A stretch of DNA of 64,000 nt from an uncultured Desulfobacterales bacterium (lineage in GTDB: Bacteria > Desulfobacterota > Desulfobacteria > Desulfobacterales > JBDRRP01), in NCBI GenBank assembly GCA_964446485.1, contig CAYUOU010000002.1, positions 5,904 to 69,903 on the forward strand. Reading direction: 5' to 3'. The position numbers were made by a program, and so were the translations under genes. Shown here one piece after another: positions 57,379 to 64,000 of this stretch (within the stretch, counting starts at the first letter, position 1; the number at the start of each line of letters is the position of its first letter). The notes beneath the pieces are model-generated. The model saw nothing but the letters and a program-made list of their open reading frames with translations. It was not told where the DNA came from and searched no databases.

Positions 57379-58913
57379 CACAATTTCTCCATTCGTGTCC
57401 GGCATCCCTCCGCGCTGGCCAGGATGGCGCGGCGGTCCGTGGATTTCATGCGGTCCCAGGTTCGATACATCATTCCCATGCGGGGATTTTCACCCAATCG
57501 CTTTCGGTGCCGGTGCAAAAAGCCCCAGTAAAGACTGTTAAAGGGGCAAGCGTCCGCTTCGGTTTTTTTTCGGTGATCGTAGCGACACGCTTTGCAGTAA
57601 TCGCTCATCCGGTGAATGTAGGCGGCACTTGAGATATAAGGTTTGGTGCCCACGAGCCCGCCGTCGGCAAACTGGCTCATGCCCCGTGTGTTGACGATTT
57701 CCACCCACTGGACGGCATCGATATAAATCCCCAGATACCAAGCGTCCACCGCGTCAGGCGCCACACCGGCCAGCAGGGCGAAATTCCCGGTGACCATCAG
57801 CCGCTGAATATGATGGGCATACGCGTATTGCAGAGACTGGGTGATCGCGTGCCGGAGACATGCCATATCGGTCTCACCCGTCCAGTAGTATCCCGGCAGT
57901 GGTTCAGTGTGATGGAAATAGTTCAGGCCTTCATATTCGGGCATCCTCGCCCAGTAGATGCCGCGGACAAATTCCCGCCAGCCGAGGATTTGCCTGACAA
58001 ATCCCTCCACCTGGGCGATCCCCACGTCCTCCCGTTCGAGTCGCTTCACGGCGGCGACGATGACCTCCATGGGGTGAATCATTTTGGTGTTGAGCGAAAA
58101 GGACAGCCGGGAGTGAAACAGACTCCAGTTCTCGCTTGTCATGGCATCCTGGTAAGTGCCGAAGCCCGGTAGCAGATGGTCGACGAAATACGCCAGCAGC
58201 GCCAGGGACTGCTCCCGATTCACCGGCCAGGTAAAGGCCTCGGACGCGCAGGTGCCGATGGTCGTCACATCGGCCCGGCGGATCGTCTTCACAATGCCCT
58301 CAACGTCATTGCCGAAAGACATCGGAGCCGGTATGGGCATTCCGCCGTCGTAGCGATTCCGATTGTCCTGATCGAAATTCCAGCGCCCGCCCACCGGCTG
58401 ACCGCCGTCCATCAGGACCCTGTGTCGCTTCCTCATGGCCCGATAGAAGGATTCCATGAGATAGCGTTTCTTGCCCCTGAAATGCCGGGCCAAGTCGGCG
58501 CGCGCCGTGAGAAAGTGCTCGGAATCAACAGCAGTCACCGATACCGGAAGCGTTTTCCCCAGCTGGGACAGTTCCTTGTCGAGCCGCCACTCGTCGGGGA
58601 GCTGGTACTCCAGATGGGCGGCCTTTTCCTTAGCAATGATTTCCCGGAGATTCTCGGGGAAGCTGTGGCGATTGTTGGCAGTGTCCAGTTTGATGTAGGT
58701 GACCCGGTGGCCGTCGTCTCTCAGCGATTTTGCAAAGGCGCGCATGGCGGCAAAAAACGCGGCCACCTTTTGAAGATGGTGGGCGACGTAATCGGTTTCC
58801 TGCCGGACCTCCATCAGCACGTAAAGCACTGCGGGGTCCACCCGACGATACCACGAATGAAGGGGGTTCAGCTGGTCTCCGAGCACCAGTCGAACAGTGA
58901 TGGTCTTGCTCAT
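57378..58913 (-). CDS. Cryptochrome/photolyase family protein (Fe-S bacterial (6-4) photolyase / PhrB-CryB type)
   Basis: LVLGDQL, MESFYR, WNFDQDNR, YAHHIQRLM, four Cys (MACL, YCKAC, ACPF). Confidence 0.92.
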   Translation of the reverse strand: MSKTITVRLVLGDQLNPLHSWYRRVDPAVLYVLMEVRQETDYVAHHLQKVAAFFAAMRAFAKSLRDDGHRVTYIKLDTANNRHSFPENLREIIAKEKAAHLEYQLPDEWRLDKELSQLGKTLPVSVTAVDSEHFLTARADLARHFRGKKRYLMESFYRAMRKRHRVLMDGGQPVGGRWNFDQDNRNRYDGGMPIPAPMSFGNDVEGIVKTIRRADVTTIGTCASEAFTWPVNREQSLALLAYFVDHLLPGFGTYQDAMTSENWSLFHSRLSFSLNTKMIHPMEVIVAAVKRLEREDVGIAQVEGFVRQILGWREFVRGIYWARMPEYEGLNYFHHTEPLPGYYWTGETDMACLRHAITQSLQYAYAHHIQRLMVTGNFALLAGVAPDAVDAWYLGIYIDAVQWVEIVNTRGMSQFADGGLVGTKPYISSAAYIHRMSDYCKACRYDHRKKTEADACPFNSLYWGFLHRHRKRLGENPRMGMMYRTWDRMKSTDRRAILASAEGCRTRMEKL

Positions 58914-59150
58914 GCTTTGGCCTGCAGGGTTGCGTTCAAGAAAAGATCCTCGATGACAGCCTAGCGATAATCGAATCGGGTCTATTTCATTATGAGTCTG
59001 CCGCGCTTCATCGACATATTCGGTACCGTCAATGCCATCGGGGAGGCGCTGGTGTGGGTCCCCACCGGGGTATCAGGCCAAGAAGATCTGCCAGGACGAA
59101 CATTGCTCGTTCGTATACGAACGTTGATCACGCTCACTCTGTTTTTCGTT

Positions 59151-59927
59151 TCAGACTAGGTATTGACAGTCATACGTCTCGCTGAATCGGTCGACCACCT
59201 TAAGAAGATCTCGCGGAAGGCCGCTGCGGACGCCACCGATAATTTCGGGCGGGATTACCTTGTAATAGGCCTGGGCAATGCCGCCGGCGATGCAGGCCAT
59301 GGTGTCGGCATCGCCGCCCAGGCTGATGGCATTTTTGATGGCGTCTTCATAGGACATCGAGTCGAGGAAGGCGATGATGGATTCGGGAACCGACCCCTGG
59401 CACGACACATCAAAGCGATAGCCGGGTCGAATGCCGTCCACCGTTCGGTCGAGATCGTACCCGAAGCGTTCTGAGATCCCTTTTCGAATGGCCTCTTTGC
59501 CCTCGCCTTGGCGCGCCATCAAAATGGCCAGCGCTGCGGCCTGAGCGCCTTTGATGCCTTCGGAGTGGTTGTGCGACACCTCTGCGGATTGTTTGGCTTG
59601 ATCTAAAACATCTTCCACAGTGTCATAAGCAAAACCCACCGGCGACACCCGCATGGCCGATCCGTTGCCCCAGCTGCCGTAGGGCTTGTTTTCCCATTCT
59701 CGCATCCATCGCCGGAAACTGCCGCCGTAACCCGCCCGCGGATAACGATTGGCATATTCCTTCAGCGTATCTGCATAATCCAGATCGTCGAGAATCACCC
59801 TTGCCACCGCCACCGTCAGCACCGTGTCGTCGGTGAATCCGGCCACGCGAGCAACGAAGTCTTTATGTTTGACTGCCTGGTGCTCGTACGGTGCACCGAT
59901 CATGTCCCCTGCGATGGCGCCGATCAT
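59151..59927 (-). CDS. ADP-ribosylglycohydrolase family protein
   Basis: GAIAGDMIG, FTDDT, GNGSAMR, GGDADT. Confidence 0.92.
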   Translation of the reverse strand: MIGAIAGDMIGAPYEHQAVKHKDFVARVAGFTDDTVLTVAVARVILDDLDYADTLKEYANRYPRAGYGGSFRRWMREWENKPYGSWGNGSAMRVSPVGFAYDTVEDVLDQAKQSAEVSHNHSEGIKGAQAAALAILMARQGEGKEAIRKGISERFGYDLDRTVDGIRPGYRFDVSCQGSVPESIIAFLDSMSYEDAIKNAISLGGDADTMACIAGGIAQAYYKVIPPEIIGGVRSGLPRDLLKVVDRFSETYDCQYLV

Positions 59928-59949
59928 GTCTTTTCCTTGATAACCATTT

Positions 59950-60023
59950 TTGACAAGCCCGTAAAAACCCCTCGGATGTCACCCCGAGCGCAGCAGCGCA
60001 GCGAGGGATCTGTGTGTTAATCA
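59950..60023. repeat. Partial copy of the TIR + REP-like repeat
   Basis: AAGCCCGTAAAAACCCCTCGGATGTCACCCCGAG...GCGAGGGATCTGTGTGTTAATCA matches 43278-43338, with an 8-bp tandem duplication (AGCGCAGC). Confidence 0.75.
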
Positions 60024-60305
60024 GAGAACCTTTGTGGAGTCATTCCGGCATAATAACGGTTCTTCCCAAAACGCGCCCTTCCGTTTCTAACGACGATTGT
60101 ATTCTTGACCGGTTCTACCCGGCGATCAAGTGCATGGCCCGGGGGGGGATAATATCATTGCCACTGCTGTCAAATTAGAACTGCATTTGGGGGGGGCTAG
60201 GTTAGCAACTTAAGGCCGGTTTCGAGGCCATTTTTTCAAAATTTTAACCTCATGTCAATCACTTGGCGTTGTCGTCCCCAGCACGTCCCCAGCGCGGGAT
60301 CGGAT

Positions 60306-61313
60306 CTACCACCCTCTTTTTTTCATAGATGTCGCTGGCGTATTGAAGCGCTTCGCGCCACCGGCCGGCTTCGGCGCACCGCAGAACCGGGCAGGTTGAA
60401 TGGGCGTAAAATAATTCTCTCTGCCCAAAACCGTGCCGAACCTGCTGTGGGCGATGCCGTGATCCGCGCACAGCGCGGCGAGTTTTCGGCTCAGGTGATA
60501 GTCAAAGGGGCCGCTCTGGTCCATCATGCAGATGGTGACGCCGTTTTCTATGGCCTGTTGGCCCGGGGCCAGCGGCGCGTGGTCCACCACCACCATCTCT
60601 GCGATGTCTCCGCAGACCACCTCCGACGCGCCCGATCCCACCTCTTCGAACACCGTGAAAATGAAATGGCTGTCCACTTCGGGGATGATGTTGGTTTCCC
60701 GAAGCGCCTTTATGACGGCCAGTACCACGGCGACACCGGCCTTATCATCCAGGTGGCGCGCATTGATATAGCCGTTGCCGGTGATTTCGGGCACGGCATC
60801 GAAACTGACGATATCCCCCACCTGGCATCCGCTGCCGATCAGGCCCTGGGCATCCTCACATGGGATGTCGACCCGGATTTCAACGCGGTCCCAGCCTGCG
60901 GGCTGCCGATCCACCGCATCTCCCCAGCGATGTCCCGATGCCTTCATCGGCAGCAAGGTGCCCCGCAGCGGCCCCCCGTCCGTGTAGACGGTGATCCGGC
61001 TGCCCTCGGCAAACCGGCTGGACCAGGTCCCGATGGGGGCCACCGCCGGCCGTCCGTTGGGCTTCACCGCGCGCACCATAGCCCCCAGCGTGTCCAGATG
61101 CACTGCCACCGCGCGGTCGAACGACTGCCGTCGGCCCGGGATGGTGGCCCGTATGGCGCCGCGACGGGTGACACTGAAGGTGACTGACATGGCGTTGAGT
61201 GCCTCCCCCACGAAATGCACCGCCTGGTCGGTGTAGCCTGACGGGCTGGGAATGTTGAGCAGCGCCGTCAGCGTTTCGGTGAGGTAGGCGTCATCGATGG
61301 GCAGCGGCGTCAT
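60306..61313 (-). pseudogene. NAGGN-system M42 peptidase, apparently 3'-truncated near 60440
   Basis: HLDTLG, RHLDDKAG, FEEVG, MDQSGPFDY; after HGIAHSR the sequence no longer looks like the family. Confidence 0.7.
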
Positions 61314-63070
61314 GAAAGACCCCCTGTGGCGGTCTGGGGAAACAGCAGGTCCATGAAACGCTCGGCGGTGGGCTGGGGCTCATGGTTGGCCAGGCCGGGG
61401 CGTTCGTTGGCTTCGATGATCCAGTAGTCAGGCGCCGTTACATTTTTCACCATCAGATCGAGTCCGGTGACGGGAATGCCGATGGCGCGGGCCGCCGCCA
61501 CCGACGTCCGGCGCAGTTCCGGGTGCAGTTGATCGGTGACGTCGTGGATGGTGCCGCCGGTGTGAAGGTTGGCCGCTTTTCTCACCGTCAAACGGCGCCC
61601 CTGAGGCAATACGCTGTCGAGGGAAAAGCCTTCCTGGTCGATGCACCGCCGGGTTTCGGCGTCCACCGGCAGGTGGCATTCACCGCCGGTGGCGGCGGCC
61701 CTTCGGCGGTTGTACTTTTCGATCATCACCGCGATGGTGTGGGTGCCGTCGCCGACGATTTCCGGCGGGCGCCGCACCGCCGCTGCCACCACCTCGTAGC
61801 CGATGACGATGACGCGCAGATCCTGCCCCTCGACCATTTCCTCGATCACCACATCCGGGCATACCGCCCGGGCCCGATTGATGGCCTCGATCAGGGCTCC
61901 AGGGTTGCTGAGCCCCACGCTGACCCCTTCGCCCTGTTCGCCCCGGGCCGGCTTGACCACCAGCCCATCATAATCCTCGAAAAGCTCGGCCGGGTCATCG
62001 TGACGCTCCGGCGTGGTCTGAAACGGAACCCGCAGCCCGTTGCGCATGAGCACCCCATGGGTCAGCCGCTTGTCGTCGCAGCGGCACATGGCGATGGCCG
62101 AGGTCAATTCCGTCAGCGACTCCCGGCACACGATGCCGCGCCCCCCGTACACCAGCCGGAAGTAGCCGTTTTCCGCGTCAACAATTTCCGCCCCGATCCC
62201 GCGGCGCCGGGCTTCGTCGATGATGATCCGGGCGTACGGGTTGAGGTCGTCTTCCGGCGGCGGTGCGGTGAACAGTTTCTCGTTGATGGGGTTTTTCCGC
62301 TTCACGCAGAACACCGGCACCCGGCGAAAACCGATCTTTTCGTACAGCGCGATGGCCTCCGCGTTGTCGTGCATTACCGACAGATCCACATAGTTGCGCC
62401 CCCGGGTGAGATAATGCGCCGCCAGATGGCGCGCCAGTGCCTCGCCGACACCGGGGGCGTTGGCCTGGGGGTCCACGGCCAGGCACCACAGGCTCGTGCC
62501 GTTTTCAGGGTCGTTGAAGGCGACGCGGTGGTCGATGCCGGTGACGGTGCCGACGATGGCGCCGTCCTCGGTGGATTCGGCCACCAGATAGGTGCGCAGC
62601 CGCGTGGCGTGGGTGTCGAGCATGAAAGCCGGCGGGCAGCGCACCATCCCGCGTGCGGCGTAGATGGCATTGACTGCCTCGGCGTCGCGCCGATCCGCCG
62701 CCCGGCGGATGCGAAACCCGCGCTGCTCTTTTTTGGGCGGGCGGTAATCGTGGGACCACAGCCGGTAGGTGTGGGAGGGGTCGAGAAACAGCGCATCCGG
62801 TCCCATGGACAGCAGCACGTGAGGGTCCCTGATGTAGAAGGCGATATCCCGATGCCCCGGCGCTTCACGGCTCAGCGCCGCATACAGGCCCAGGTTGCCG
62901 GCGAAGGTCTGGCCGAACAGAATTCTCCCCCAGCCCATGTCAACGGTGCAGTCTTCTTTCATTTCCGCCAGTTCGGGTTCGGTGGGGGCCTGCCAGTTCT
63001 TCACGGAGACGGCCGTGTGTCTGTCGAGGCGCCCTTTGACGTCGTTTTTGATATCCATGATGGTTGTCAA
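61310..63070 (-). CDS. ngg: N-acetylglutaminylglutamine synthetase (GNAT + ATP-grasp)
   Basis: GWGRILFGQTF, FLDPS, SLWCLAVDPQ, ANLHTGG, IEANERPGLANHEPQPTAERF; start may be 63058. Confidence 0.92.
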   Translation of the reverse strand: MTTIMDIKNDVKGRLDRHTAVSVKNWQAPTEPELAEMKEDCTVDMGWGRILFGQTFAGNLGLYAALSREAPGHRDIAFYIRDPHVLLSMGPDALFLDPSHTYRLWSHDYRPPKKEQRGFRIRRAADRRDAEAVNAIYAARGMVRCPPAFMLDTHATRLRTYLVAESTEDGAIVGTVTGIDHRVAFNDPENGTSLWCLAVDPQANAPGVGEALARHLAAHYLTRGRNYVDLSVMHDNAEAIALYEKIGFRRVPVFCVKRKNPINEKLFTAPPPEDDLNPYARIIIDEARRRGIGAEIVDAENGYFRLVYGGRGIVCRESLTELTSAIAMCRCDDKRLTHGVLMRNGLRVPFQTTPERHDDPAELFEDYDGLVVKPARGEQGEGVSVGLSNPGALIEAINRARAVCPDVVIEEMVEGQDLRVIVIGYEVVAAAVRRPPEIVGDGTHTIAVMIEKYNRRRAAATGGECHLPVDAETRRCIDQEGFSLDSVLPQGRRLTVRKAANLHTGGTIHDVTDQLHPELRRTSVAAARAIGIPVTGLDLMVKNVTAPDYWIIEANERPGLANHEPQPTAERFMDLLFPQTATGGLS

Positions 63071-63098
63071 ACCTCCTTCGCGGGGTTGCCGGCGGGGG

Positions 63099-64000
63099 TC
63101 ATATCCCCTGCAGGGTCAGCCAGTGTTCGAGCAGGGCCATCTGCCACAGCTTGTTGCCCCGAAGCGGCGTCAACTGGCGTTCTGGGGCGGCCATCAGTTC
63201 CGCGATGTAGTCCGGGTTGAACAGCCCGCGGCTTTTGGCAGCGGGGGAATCGAGGATTTCCCTGACGAATTCGAGATAGGCACCTTCGAGATGTTTGAGC
63301 GCCGGCACCGGAAAATAGCCCTTGGGCCGGTCGATGACCGCGTCGGGGACAATGCCCCGGGCCACCTCTTTGAGGATACCTTTGCCGCCGTGGGCGATTT
63401 TCAGCGCGGAGGGGATCCGTGCCGCCAGTTCGACCACCTCGTGATCCAGAAACGGCACCCGTGCCTCGAGCCCCCAGGCCATGGTCATGTTGTCAACGCG
63501 TTTGACCGGATCATCCACGAGCATCACCGTGGTATCCAGGCGCAGGGCCTTTTCCATGGCGTCCCGGGCACCGTCACCCTCAAAGTGCGCCGCCACGTAG
63601 TCGCGGGCGAAATCCCGGTCGACCCAGGCCGGCGCCACGGTGGCGCGGTACTCCTCGAAATCCCGGTCGAAGAAACCCGCCGTGTAGGCTTCCAGGGGAT
63701 TGCCGCAGGACGCCAGCGGCGGATACCAATGGTAGCCGGCAAACACTTCGTCGGCGCCCTGGCCGCTCTGGACGACCTTGACATGCCGGGAGACCTCCTG
63801 GCTCAGAAGGTAGAAACCGATGCAGTCGTGGCTGACCATCGGCTCGCTCATCTGCCTGACGCACCGTTCGAGGTCCTCCAGCACCCGGTGATTCCCGTTG
63901 ATCCGGATTTTCTGGTGACGGGTGGCGAAGGCCTCCGCCACGATATCCGAAAAGGCGAACTCGTTGCCCGACTCGCCCCCGGCGCTGTCAAACCCGATGG
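63099..64000 (-). CDS. N-acetylglutaminylglutamine amidotransferase (asparagine synthase-like); its 5' end lies outside the window
   Basis: EPMVSHD, QSGQGADEVFAGYHWY, LVDDPVKRVDNMTMAWGLEARVPFLDH. Confidence 0.92.
   Translation of the reverse strand, partial: IGFDSAGGESGNEFAFSDIVAEAFATRHQKIRINGNHRVLEDLERCVRQMSEPMVSHDCIGFYLLSQEVSRHVKVVQSGQGADEVFAGYHWYPPLASCGNPLEAYTAGFFDRDFEEYRATVAPAWVDRDFARDYVAAHFEGDGARDAMEKALRLDTTVMLVDDPVKRVDNMTMAWGLEARVPFLDHEVVELAARIPSALKIAHGGKGILKEVARGIVPDAVIDRPKGYFPVPALKHLEGAYLEFVREILDSPAAKSRGLFNPDYIAELMAAPERQLTPLRGNKLWQMALLEHWLTLQGI

Noticed and set aside
60259-60471. 70-aa ORF across the peptidase breakpoint
   Set aside because: No RBS or recognisable motif; could be a fragment of another gene but cannot be supported
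61382-63220. 612-aa plus-strand ORF, and similar long ORFs at 22703-24271, 30930-32546, 5101-6186, 42055-43032 and 43410-44351
   Set aside because: Antisense shadows of well-supported minus-strand genes, expected from GC-rich codon bias; no motifs of their own

Overview
Bacterial chromosomal DNA of high GC content. The gene set (sigma54-dependent regulator, PilZ brake, many -24/-12 promoters, short TIR-bounded repeats) suggests a Desulfobacterota-like deltaproteobacterium, but this taxon call is inference. Bases 1-38906 form a single-strand (minus) glycosylation island of soluble, mostly TPR-scaffolded multidomain enzymes. It holds about 19 glycosyltransferase domains (7 in one ~2980-aa protein), about 6 methyltransferase domains, a sulfotransferase/deacetylase fusion, two GT41 (SPINDLY/OGT-like) proteins and two radical SAM/SPASM enzymes. 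It also holds an atypical nonulosonic-acid operon: CBS-aminotransferase, NeuA, NeuB, GNAT, formyltransferase, TIM-barrel isomerase. No flippase, polymerase or priming transferase is visible, so cytoplasmic protein (probably flagellin) glycosylation is the best hypothesis. Bases 39.3-43.4 kb are a scarred patch of TA modules, internally deleted AAA/DUF4143 ATPases, MITE/REP-like repeats and a uxs relic beside galE and uxs. The right part holds sigma54-driven genes (degenerate histidine kinase, M15 and M99 peptidoglycan peptidases, SH3 protein, NtrC-like regulator, PilZ protein), TetR, RNase HI, SDR, an Fe-S photolyase, an ADP-ribosylglycohydrolase and the NAGGN osmolyte operon with a truncated peptidase. 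No rRNA, tRNA or CRISPR array was seen. All family calls come from motif recognition by eye, not from database searches.
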